A DNA stretch of 63,998 bases, the filler included, from Porpidia crustulata (Eukaryota): assembly GCA_964255105.1 (NCBI GenBank). It is 3 parts of 3 records of this genome, joined end to end, with 100 filler letters (N's around TTAATTAATTAA, not from the genome) between each part and the next. Parts side by side here need not be neighbours in the genome. Positions count along the whole stretch, not along the records: positions 1 to 23,692 come from CAXUWE010000073.1; 2 more parts are not named here. One strand, 5' to 3'. How positions within the stretch are numbered: the first letter of the stretch is position 1; each line of letters begins with the position of its first letter. The notes beneath the pieces were generated by a model. That model saw nothing but the letters and a program-made list of their open reading frames with translations. It did no database searches and was not told where the DNA came from. Positions 1-11,376 of this stretch are shown here, in pieces. Made by a program: the position numbers and the translations under genes.

Positions 1-744
1 GTATCTGGACCATGAAAGGATTGTTTTTGGGGGCTTTGACGAGAGTATGAAGATTGGCTTGTTTAATGGAACTGGAGGATGCGAAGAGGAATGGTAGTGG
101 TTGGGTTGGGGGGGGGAAACATTGATGGGGTTTGCGTGGAGGTAAGGAGGATGGCGAGACTGGATGATTTCGCTGTAAATTGGGGTTTCAATTGTGTGCA
201 TAATTGGTTTTCAAACGCTTGGGCAAGCTTAACAGCTAAATTAGAGATTGATCAAGCTAACAAGGTAAGAAAAGTGTTGAAAAGGACCGCCATGATCATC
301 GGACTATCTTCGATCGAACTCTGAAATACAAGTGTTTACGACGACACGTGATTTTGGATCATTTCAAATTCTGTACTGGACTTACTGTCAGACTTCATAA
401 ACTTCATCAATCGGCGTTGCCTGCTTTGGGAACTTCATTCGTACTCAAGCTCAGTCACTCCTGTTAGCGACTTCAGAGAACAGCCTTTGGACTCATTGCT
501 ATAGCGCCTCCGAAATGGGTCCTATTTTCATGTTGAGCATGAACATGTTACATAGGTGTAGGTACCGAAAGAACTGCAAATGAGACTGGAATACTATGTG
601 GATCGAGAGGCGAACACTCCAGACAACCGAATAGCTAAATCAGTGACATAATCATCCAGAAAAAGGAGGAATTTCTGAACTCCAATATCCAAGCAAAGGT
701 CGTCTTCCACGTAAGATTCCTGAACGCTAATTTTTTCGTTTCCC

Positions 745-1876
745 TTACGTGAACAGATAGGATCTTGAAGTTGATCGTCTCCTGCGGCTAGCTGGAGATT
801 TCTTTCTCACGAGCAAGAGTTGATCACGTTCTTTTTTCAACTCCACCGTGACATTCGTCAGCAGCTTTCCGTCGCGTATCTTCCGAGTATGCTCGAAAAG
901 GATCTCCTGGTCGTCTTCGGAGATCCATCTTTTGATGATGATGTAGCTGGTGTCATGCTGTCTCAGAAGGGCTCGTTAGCTATCGTATTCTACCATCGCG
1001 ATATGTTTAGACGCCAATAGGACTCACATCATCCCATTCCCACGGTAGATGGTAGACGTCTAACGTTTCGGGGCTCAGATACTTCCGGTGCACCTTAATG
1101 TAGGTCGGGCGCGTCAGGTCCATAATCTTCTTTTCGTGCTTTTCTCCCTTCTTTCCCTTCTTGCCCTCTAGGATCTTCTCGATGCTCTCGTCACTGTAGC
1201 CTGCTGCTCCAAAGGTTTCCTTGACCCTCTCCCGGAATGCCTTGTCTGCTGCCTCCTTCTCCTTCCTCTCCTTTTCCTGCTTCTCAAGCAACTTGATGTG
1301 ATGCTCCTCAATCGCTTTCTTCTTCAAGGCTTCTTCTTCCTTCTTCCTTTCAGCTTTCTTGGCTTCTTCCAGCATCTGGTGTTCATTGAATTTCCGCCTT
1401 TGCTCTTCTTCGTGTTCCTTTTTTTCAAGCTCGTCTAGCTTCCTCATTTTCCTGTCAAGCTCGGGGTCAAAGAAGGGCGATGGTGACCGTGATTCATGGC
1501 CGTGGTGGTGACCGCGCCTTCGAGATCTTGGCCTATGATCATGAGGGCTATGGTGACGATCAGGACTGTGGGTGCGGTCATCCCAGTCATTGTCTTCGTA
1601 ATGATGATGATCATGGCCATGGGAGCTCCGTCTTCGGCTTGAGCTCCGAACAGGGGAATGATCATCCCAATTACCATTGTTAATCACTATTGCCGCCGGC
1701 GGTCCTCTCCCTGAGACGGAAGCAGAGCGTCGCATACCATCTCCAAAGCCGGCACCAGGGTTGAGGAACCCGTGGCCATCCTGGAAGTAGCGGGGATCGG
1801 GGCGGTTGGCGAATCGCGGGCGAGCTGGAGTGAGATATACCGGGACACGGTTCAGATCAACGCCCGGCCAATCCAT
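745..1876 (-). CDS. Conserved fungal hypothetical protein (His/Arg-rich region, coiled coil, C-terminal PTYIKVHRKYLSPETLD..LPWEWD..YIIIKRW domain); 2 exons
   Basis: The ORF 1876-1028 ends at a GTGAGT donor. After a CTAAC branch site and CAG acceptor, exon 2 reads HDTSYIIIKRWISEDDQEILFEHTRKIR...SYLFT* with stop at 745-747. Confidence 0.8.
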
Positions 1877-3191
1877 CTTTGACTACGGGAGCTACAATCG
1901 TGGATGGTGGATTATGAGATGTACATCCGACGGTAGATGTTGCTTACAGTATTTAGGAAAGGAGAATGCTCGCAGGAGGTTGAACAAAATATGGTGCGAA
2001 CTCGTGATTCGTAAGACATGTTCAGCTGAAGGTGGGGGTGTCCGGGGGGTCATTTCAATAAATTACAAGCGAACTGCATGACCTTGTAAGGAGGCTGGGC
2101 AAAGAGGTGGGGGCCAAAAGGTGCTTTCCAATTGCCCGTTTTACGCTGGGGCTTTCTTTGTCAGGTCTCGGCCCCGACTAAGGTGAACCAACTGCACCCA
2201 ATACACCCTTCCGACCCAACCATGCAAGTTCGATCGTAGGGCAGGCGCTCGTCTAAAACTGCCATCCAGTGAGCAAGATCGGTACTGAATTGGGAAATTG
2301 AGGATTTGTTTCGGGCATCAACGTCCTCGCCCTTCTCATGGCGCTTGGTCGTTTGTTCCAGAGTTTAATTTAGTATCATAAAGCGTGTGAGATGGGTCGA
2401 AATGTTTGTTCATGATTTGTGTCGACGTGGCGACTTTCCTGGGATTGCCATCCTTTTAATCAATGACGAGTTTCGGTACGGTAGATCACAAAAGGCTCAC
2501 CGCATCAGTCAGCGGGAAGCCAACATCCATGATACTAACTCAACACTACCCTATGCTTATTATTATTATTATCATTGATTTTTTATGCTTTCCATTCTTC
2601 ACATGTCTGCCTAGAATGCAATGCAGGCCCAAGCTAGCCCCTATGCTAGGGCTTATCCGTTGTCTGCACATACTAACGTATTGGGCTTGTGTCCCGAAAA
2701 TCAAAACCAGTGTTGCATCTGCTTGACTGTATTGGAAGGTTTACGTTCATACTTACTGTCAGCTGGCGAGCAAGGGTGGGCCTCTCTGGCTAAGCCTTCG
2801 ACAATTGAAACCATTTGTATATTCCTCAAGTACAATAACGTAGTACTCCCTGGTGCTTACCCAAAATTTCGACACGAAATGAGACCATGCTCTTGGTTAT
2901 TGAATTGGTAGCCACTCCCTCATATGAGTATCATGTATCGGGCTTCTTGCTGAACTCTTGGTCATCATTCGACGTATCACAGTATCAGCTTCCAAGAAGC
3001 ATTCTGCTTCATGGACACAGCCTCGACTTTTATTAGCGGAAAAATAGCCTGCAAGTACTGGTGAATTGAATTGCGTTTCGTTTCATTTCGACCTAAAGTT
3101 GTGATGTCGCTGCTCGGATAATATAGCATTCTAGCAGAGATTGGTTACTGCCTTTGCGATATAGGAGAGCTTGATCGTCATATAGCCAAGG

Positions 3192-3669
3192 TTATGACCT
3201 GCCACCAGATTTGAAAATCCGATCAATGTGCTCTCGACTATTCTTGTGAGTTGTTTCTAGATAGTTCAACTTCTTGTTCAGATTGGAAATATCCGACTTC
3301 AGCTCAGCGGTCTCGGACTCAAGACGCATCCCCATATCATTGATGGGACTCAAAACAAACCTGTGAATAAATTATCAGCGCAATGAGGTTGGAGATCCAG
3401 GTGGTAAAAGTAGCGCCTACATTTTCCCTACTCCTTCATAAACGTTGGTGTCCTTGGATAATGACTTGACCTCGGTAGACGTGAGTTCCAGCATCCTGAT
3501 GTCACGTTGTTTGGCTGAGATAGCAGTTTTGACAATATTGATTTCGCGTTGAGCTGAAACGGCCTGGGATTCAATCTCTTGGGCAAGCTACCACATGTTT
3601 AGTAACAGAATATCTAGATATCGACAATCTATCACCAACCTTCTGCAAAGCTTCGTTGGGGATTGACAT
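3192..3669 (-). CDS. PFD1: Prefoldin subunit 1 (beta-type); 3 exons, missed by the ORF track
   Basis: Manual splicing gives MSIPNEALQK|LAQEIESQAVSAQREINIVK...TNVYEGVGKM|FVLSP...KKLNYLETTHKNSREHIDRIFKSGGRS*. The VYEGVGKMF beta-hairpin motif is present and the introns are canonical GT-AG. Confidence 0.92.
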
Positions 3670-4065
3670 AGTGATCTGGGACCAATGCCGTCCTTGCGGG
3701 GTGGGAGGTGCAACTGGCGAAGCAGCGTGGCAGCGCACCTCAAGATCCAGAGATCTAAGACCCTCTACTCAGGCTGGTTTTTAATCTTCGGACACGGAAG
3801 CGAGAAGTCCCGCCCAAAATCAACCTTTTGTGTCCGGACATTAAAAACCAGCCTGAGTACTGACTAAAGTACTGACTAAGGTATCTTCCGCGCCAAGACT
3901 GTCATAGGGCTAGCCTAGCAGGGTTTGTATGTGGGTACCTGACAGATCCTTGCATTTATCGGCCTTCCGCGGAAGCATCCTCAAGACCTTGAAGTGTTTA
4001 CTTTCAACGGCTCTCATGCTTGTAGATAGACGTTACTTCGGCTCTTAGCATTTGAGACCGTCAGG

Positions 4066-5220
4066 ATGCCTTCGTGGTTGCCTTCACTGGCATACAATGT
4101 GCCCTACCAAGGCTACTGGCATCCAATTACTTCAACAATAAACTGGTGTGAAGAAGTTTGCAGTTGCCCAGGACCTTTCTCGTACCTGAACTGACGTGAA
4201 GTAGGATTATTATGCTACGCCATATGTTGCTGAGATTTCCAATACATTGACAAACCTCTTGTTTATGTACCTAGCGTTCAAGGGTATCGCGAATTGTCGA
4301 AAGAACGGACATGACACCATCTTTCTAGTGACATTTGTGGGATACCTTCTTGTTGGCACTGGCAGCTTTCTCTTCCATGCCTCCCTCAAATGTATGTTAC
4401 TGCAGAGACTGTCATAATGAGAGCCGAATCTGATGCAGTCCTGCGGGCATATTCTAGACCCAATGCAGCTTGTCGATGAACTTAGCATGATATACACCAC
4501 TTGCCTCATGTGCTACGCTACCTTCTCCTACTCCAAGTCACGCCAGTATGCATTTGCTCTCGCCGTCGGCCTTGTATCTCTAGCGATTTTCATCACCCTG
4601 TACTATCACTACCTCCAAGACCCAGCTTTCCACCAAAACACCTATGCCATCCTTACAGCAGTAGTCCTCGCTCGAAGCATGTACGTGATGGAGATTAGCC
4701 TACGGCCATCCGCAGCTCAGCATGAAGAAAAACACAGATTAAAGCATAAACGGCCAATGACCGCAGAAGAGAAGAGGATATCTCAATCTAACGGCCGGAG
4801 AGACGTAAAAATTCTGAGATCAATGTGGGTCATGATTGCCTTTGGATTAGGAACATTCCTCACTGGCTTTGGTATCTGGCAATTAGACAATGAGTATTGC
4901 TCGAAAATCCGCGGCTGGAGGAGAGAAATGGGTCTTCCGTGGGGAATGGTATTGGAAGGCCATGGATGGTGGTAAGACTTTCGTCATCAAATCTTGTAAC
5001 ATCCATGCAGCAGAGATATTAACGCGCTATCAGGCACATCTTTACAGGCACCGGAGCGTATTTCTACATTACTTGGGGTATCTGGCTTCGACATTGTCTG
5101 AACGGGCGGCAAGATGAGTACACCTTAGCATGGCCTCGAACATTTTCTTTCCCTGAGATTGTCCGCATTGGAAGTGCAAAAGGCAGCTCAGAGCTGGAAA
5201 ATTCTAAGAAGATCCGCTAA
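4066..5220 (+). CDS. Alkaline (phyto)ceramidase, Ypc1/Ydc1 family; 4 exons
   Basis: CREST-family motifs across GT-AG introns: GYWHPITSTINWCEE|DYY, AEISNTLTN, GSFLFHASLK, MQLVDELSMIY, LEGHGWW|HIFTG. Stop at 5218-5220. Confidence 0.93.
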
Positions 5221-5465
5221 CCTTAAAACCCAATTTCGCGCCGATCTAAGAAAAATAGAAATACCTAAGGTAGATATAGATCTCTAGTCAAGCACTTGTG
5301 GATAGTGTGCAAAGAACCTCACTTTTCTTGTCTCAATTTGCCATGCTCGAAGCCATATGCCATGCGTGTTCATAGACTGGTTTCCCTTTCTAGAAGTTTC
5401 TGCTGCCGATTCTGAGTCAGTGCTTCCAAATGAAGAGCCATACCCGGGGTCGATGGCCATGGCTT

Positions 5466-6581
5466 TCATATTTCCGGATACACATCCCTAGGTCTGTCAG
5501 CGGAGTGCGACAAAACCAAGAGTGTGCCTTACGTTCTTCGGAGCAACGGCATTTCCTTTTTAATACGATCCACTAATGCCAGATCGATGTCTGCCGTCGT
5601 AACCTCCGGCTCGTGAAAATCGCCTCCAAGCTCTGCTACGACCTCACCCCATGGCGATACCACCATCGAATGTCCGTAACTAATTCGCTTCCCATTATGA
5701 GCACCCACTTGTGCCGCCGCGATCACGTATGCTTGAGTCTCAATTGCACGAGCTCGAAGGAGTATCTCCCAGTGAGCTTTCCCGGTTGGTACAGTGAAAG
5801 CCGAAGGAAAGGTGACGATTTGGCTATTTTGCCGCTTCAGAGTTAGGCAAATCTCTGGGAACCGCAGCTATTGCCGACAATTGAGCCTACAACTTCGTGA
5901 CAGAAGGGTTAGGAGTAGAGCTCACGTCGAAACATATCGTCATACCGAGACGGCCGACTGGGGTACCAAAGGGTGGTAAAATGCTCATGCCCTTTTCCAC
6001 ACTCCTAATATCCATTCATATACTTCAGCTTTTCGATATCCTGTAAGCTGCTATAATTCTAAGCTTACTTGCTCTCTCTCAATACTGGGCCTCCCTCAAT
6101 TTCTACATCAAAGAGGTGCAGCTTCTGATATCTCTGCGTGATCTCCCCCTTCTCATCAATCCATATCAACGTGTTTTTGACTTTGTCACACTTTTGTGTT
6201 GGTTCGTGGATCCCTACATTGATTGGCAATTTCTCTTTCGCAGCTTCCTGTTGGAGGCCTTTAACAAAACTGCTGTCTGCCGTCGACCGCACTAATGCGA
6301 GCGTTTCAGTTGGGGAGGAGGCGATGTAATCGCTTGCTTCCGGAAGGAATAGGGCCTAGACGATCTGGTTCAGTCAATCGACTGCACGTCGACATTTCTC
6401 ACAGGGGCCAGCTAATGATGAACCTTTGCGCCAGCGGCGACGGCTTTCTTGACAAGTATTCGGCATTGCTGCAGGTTATGTGACATACTAGCCGACGAAC
6501 ATAGCTGCCCAACTGCCTGGAATGTTGTTAGTCGAGATGGAAAGATAAATATTCCAAAAAGGGACGAACCGCAATAGCCAT
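5466..6581 (-). CDS. NIT2: Carbon-nitrogen hydrolase, Nit2/deaminated-glutathione amidase type; multi-exon
   Basis: The E-K-C catalytic triad motifs are present (LFLPEASDYI, YQKLHLFDV, ICFD|LRFPE), plus PSAFTVPTGKAHWEILLRARAIETQ and SYGHSMVVSPWG. The last mini-exon is DVYPEI*. Confidence 0.9.
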
Positions 6582-7035
6582 AGTGAATTGTAATCAGCGT
6601 GTCTTTAGTATACCGTGCACAACAAGTTACTCATAAATCTTGTGACATCAATTGGCTGCTATATAATTCGAGGCCTGAACCCCGCGTGCGGGGAGAGGCT
6701 GAGATTTGCCGCCGGCGCGCGGAAAGGAAACGTCGCCGATTAACCTAACAATTCTAGCCATGATGTTATGCCACATATGCCTACGTTGTAGGATTCAACT
6801 AGGAACTGACTAGTTCCTCGGCGTTTAAAGACAAATCATGGGATAATAGATGGCAAGGCATATACTCATGACTAGCATTACTGTATTGAACGCCAACTTT
6901 CGTCATGCTATGAAGACCTCAGATTGCTTGGATGATTTATTACCCAGCGAGAAAGACCAACCTTTTCTCACATTCACATCCTACAGAATGTCCTCAGACA
7001 TTGGGGTTACAAGCTGATTTAGGATCGCGCCTGAT

Positions 7036-9778
7036 ATGGCATCCACCCCAAACACCGCGAAAAAAGCTTCTTCAAGATGGGGCACTTTCCTGGCTGGGGT
7101 GGAGTCCAGGCTCGACACTATCCTAGCTGACGAAGATGCTTCGCCCAGTACCCAAAAGAAAGAGGATGAGATATCACAAGCGCAGGTCGCAAAGAAAGAG
7201 ACACTACTAGCCCCAAAAGCTAAAGATGGTAGGATGCCTAGTCCATGGCCTTACAGAAGGTGGTTGAGTAACTGATGGAAGCAGGAATTTTGCGGACACC
7301 GTCGACCAACAGAGCTCAGGAACGCCTTAATGAGCGATTGGCAAAGGCTATGGCAGCTAAGAATCTCAACAAGGTTGGTGGTAGTTCGATAACGTCCTCG
7401 GGTCCACCTTCGCGAACAGCAAGCCCTGCAAACGTCATTGATAGTCCACGAATGAGCACCGATTCGAGACCTGAAGACCTCAAGAGTGAGGATGGTGGAT
7501 TTGTCCACGAATTGATCATAGGCAGTAATGGTGTCAATGAGAAAGAGCTTCCTGCTACAGAATCGCGACCAAGTCAAGAGTCTACCAGGAATCTGTCTCA
7601 GGATATGGCCAACGAGGGAAGCTCAGCTCGCCATTCTCTAGGCTCACGCGATTCTATCTCGGGTCGGCAATCGTTGGACATACCTCACGCTTCAGTAACA
7701 ATATCAGGCTCACCTAATATCAATGGTGCTGAACTAGACAGAAACTCAACAACACCATTGCAACACGAGGAAGCCATTCAACAAATGCGGTCTGATAATG
7801 AGGCTGCAGAGCTCCAGCGCCAAGAGGAGACACATGCGTACCTTGAGCGCATTGACGCCCTTCAGACTAAGCTCCAGTACCTTACTAAAGAGGCAGCAGA
7901 GATTGCTAGAAAAACGTTGACTGAAGCTCAGCCTGGTGGTATGGACCACAAGCTTGCGGCCAAAGATGAGAAAATTGCATTGCTGATGGAGGAGGGCCAC
8001 AAGCTCTCGCAGGCGGAATTGAAACATGTGAGTATCATAAAAAATCTACGCAGCAAATCTACAGAAGATACCAGACAACTAGCAGATGCAAAGAAACTAG
8101 CGGAGAAGCAAGAGAAGTTGGCACGAGAAGCGCAGGAAAGAGCGAAACGTGCAGAATTGGCAGAGAAGCGAGCCTCTGAGAGAACCAAATCTTGGCCAAA
8201 GCTAGAGAAAGAATTGGAAAGCTTGCGCGCGGATCGAGATACCAAGGCCTCAATAGTTCAAGACCTTCAGAATAAGGTCGCTAGTGCTGAATCAATGGCA
8301 CAAGAAGCTCAGGGTGAGGCCCAAGCTGAAGCACTGGAGACGGAGCAAAAGCGCACGTCGCAATTGTCCGACGAGCTCTCCAGGCTGAGAGCAGAAAAGG
8401 AGCTCGGCGACAAGAAGCACCAAACCGAACTACGCGAGCTGAAGGAGAAGATTGAGCGCGATAAAGAGCGCGCCAGAGTCGCCGAGATTGAGCGGCAAGG
8501 CGAGCAGAATATGTTAGAAAGCAGGCTGGAAGCCTTGCGCGCCCGAGCCGAGGAGGCGTCTACAGGGAGCAGTGGCAACGTCCAGGCAAAGCTTTTGCGG
8601 CAGATTGAAACGCTGCAGAACCAATATGCCGTTGCAAGTGAGAATTGGCAGGGGATTGAGGGCTCGTTGCTCTCCAGGGTTGCGAAACTGGAAAAGGAGC
8701 GGGATGATGTTGTGAAGAGGGAAGGCGAAGTGAGGCGGAAAGCAAGGGAGACGGTAAGATATTGCGTCCTTTCCCAGAAGTGAGGTTGGAGACTGCTTAA
8801 ATGGGTACTAAATTGTGGTAGAACATCAAAACCCGCCGACTGGAAGAAGACCTCGAGCGCGCCACCGCCAAAATCGACGAAGTAAATTACGAACTCTCCT
8901 CCCGCTCCTCCGAACTCAAATCTCTCCATGAAAAACTCCTCAAATCCGAAGCTTCTCTAACAAAAGCCCAAAAGGACCTCCAAACTCAGAAAGAAGCCTT
9001 CGATGCCCGCCTCGCCCAGCGTCTCGAAGAGGAGAAATCACGTTTGCAAAGGGAGGAGCCCGCCGGCAGAACGCCGGACACACTTTATCAACATTTCCGC
9101 ACCGAATCGCCGCCCTACCACCGCAAGAGCTCCGTCGCAGACAAAAGTAATACCCACTCGCGCCGTATCCAGGGGCTTGCAATCACAGGCACGACATCGT
9201 TGGATCGGCCGCCGAGCCGCCATTCCTCCTCCCAACCCCTGCATTCCGCAGATTTCCGTACTCCGTCCCGCCAGGAGTCCCTCTCCTCTATCCCTCAGCT
9301 TTCGATCAACGGCGGAAGCCGCGATCATCCCTCGCCTCACCTGGCGGAAAGCCAAGACGGCTTCTTCGATGACTCCGGTACCCGCACCCCTGCTACGCCC
9401 GACCGCACCGTCAACGACCTTATTTCCGTCTCCACCATCGGTGCCGGTCCTTCCGTACAGCTCATCTCGTCCATGTCTGCCGCGGTCCGCCGGCTCGAAT
9501 CCGAGAAAGCGGACCTCAAAGAGGAACTCAACCGCTTAGCGACGCAAAGGGATGAGTCGAGGGAGCAGGTAGTGGAATTGATGAAGGAGGTGGGGGAGAA
9601 GAGAGCGTTTGAGACACGGATCAAGGCGTTGGAAAAAGAGGTGAAAAGTGTAGGGGAGAGGTATGAGACTACGTTGGAGATGTTGGGCGAAAGGAGCGAG
9701 CGGGTCGAGGAGTTGATGCAGGATGTGGTGGATTTGAAGGATATGTACAGGGAATTGGTGGAGAAGACGATGAGATAA
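7036..9778 (+). CDS. SGM1: TMF/Sgm1-type coiled-coil golgin (TATA element modulatory factor family); 3 exons
   Basis: N-terminal WGTFLAGVESRLDTIL motif, KDEKIALLMEEGHKLS, a long coiled coil and the C-terminal TMF domain (GPSVQLISSMSAAVRRLESE...YETTLEMLGERSERVEELMQDVVDLKDMYRELV). Introns lie near 7229-7285 and at 8754-8821. Confidence 0.88.
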
Positions 9779-9904
9779 TCCCGGGTGGTTGAAATGCGAG
9801 CAACCTCCGTTATGGTTGGGCGTCAAGAAGTACTTGCATCTTAGCGATTGAGGTGGCTTTCGGATTAGACTCGTGTATAACAGGAATGAACATCATAGAA
9901 GAGC

Positions 9905-10841
9905 TCAGATGAGCTCTATTCCTTCGCGCTCGGCGCTCTGTATGATGAATTTCCGTATCTAATAGACGTGGTCAGAGATAATCCTCACCCCAATGTATGG
10001 TTTCGTGTTCCTCACCTTTGTGTCTGGGGCTAACTCAATTGCCAACAGCCCATCCACGTCTTTCTTGTCGGTTTCCGCACCCGCCTTCAGCAACACGAGC
10101 GCAGTATCGCCGTGGCCCTCGGAGATAGCGTGGTGTAGTGCTGTATATCCCGCAATATCTGTTGCGTTCAATGGGCTTTCATTGTCGAGCAGTAGCTTGA
10201 CCATGGGGACGGAGCCAACGGCCGCGGCGCGGTGAAGGGGAAGTTGTTGACGCTTATCTTTGATGCGAGCGGAGGCTTTATAGGCGATGAGTTTGCGGGC
10301 GATGTCGAGGTTATTCTTGGAGGCGGTGAAGTGGAGGGCCGTTTGGCCTGCATTATCTGTATTCGCAAATGTCAGCCAGGGGAGTCTTAGAGTTTGTATG
10401 TCCTTTCCGAAAAGCAGCTCACTCTTAGCATTGACGTTAGCTTCTTTGTTGAGTAAAATATCCACCAGCTCGTCTCCATCCTTCAAGCTCGAAGCTATCA
10501 TAAGGGGCGTCCAGCCTGAGGCATCCTGGACATCCGCGTCAAAGTCTGATCGTGAGACTAACAGCTCGACAATGGGTAGTTGGTTGTAGGAGACAGCCCA
10601 GTGGATGGGGAGTCGCTCATCGTCGTCGCGTTTGGTAGCCAGCCGAGGGTTGGCCTTACTGGGTCAGCTTGGTTGGGTAATAGAATTAAGACCCTTACAT
10701 TTACTAGGGATTCGACGGCCGCAGCTAGAAAAGATAGTTATCAGCGGTGATACTAAAGCAGGGCAAGGGTAAGCTCAACATACTACGACCTTCTCGGGCT
10801 GCTTCATGGATCGCAAACTTGGCTTGCTGGTCAGGATCCAT
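9905..10841 (-). CDS. NAS6: 26S proteasome assembly chaperone p28/gankyrin (ankyrin repeats); multi-exon
   Basis: Starts MDPDQQAKFAIHEAAREGR. Ankyrin repeats include DDDERLPIHWAVS, GWTPLMIASS, GQTALHFTASK, LPLHRAAAVGS and GYTALHHAISEGHGD. Last exon is IRKFIIQSAEREGIELI*. Confidence 0.9.
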
Positions 10842-11376
10842 ATAAATACAAATAAAGTAACTGAGTAATGAGCTGCGGACTTTTAAAGACAGAGAAAGAG
10901 AGACGTGTCATCCAGAGCGGGAATGCAAAGGAAGATTGAAGAGATGCTGCCCGTGTATGTGACCCGTCGAACACGGTTTTGGTAAGCTAGAAAGTGCGGT
11001 TATGGATGGACACACGATGGGCAGGGATTGTGACATCGGCAAGTTCCCGCGTCCAAGCTCACTCGCGTCACTAACAATTGTATACTCGAACACTCGAGGT
11101 GGTGTTCATTGAAAATATTGTGTACCATAAGGTACTACGGTAACAACAATGATGTGCCTAAGGATGCTCAAACCCATTTTAAGTTGCACGGGAATCATGC
11201 CTACCCGTTGAGTCTCTTAGCTGCTTGGAGAGCCAGACTTGCAATGCTCGGAATATGGACAGAGTCGAAAGAGGGCCATTTTGCTTCTCAGATTCTTTTA
11301 TTACGAGGCTCCAGGTTGAACGAACCGGCGATCCGTACCTATAATTGCAAAAAGTCCGGATCAGCATCCCTCAATT

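Noticed and set aside
1..13. Possible gene start on the minus strand (ATG GTC CAG ATA) at the window edge
   Set aside because: Only four codons are visible, which cannot support a call.
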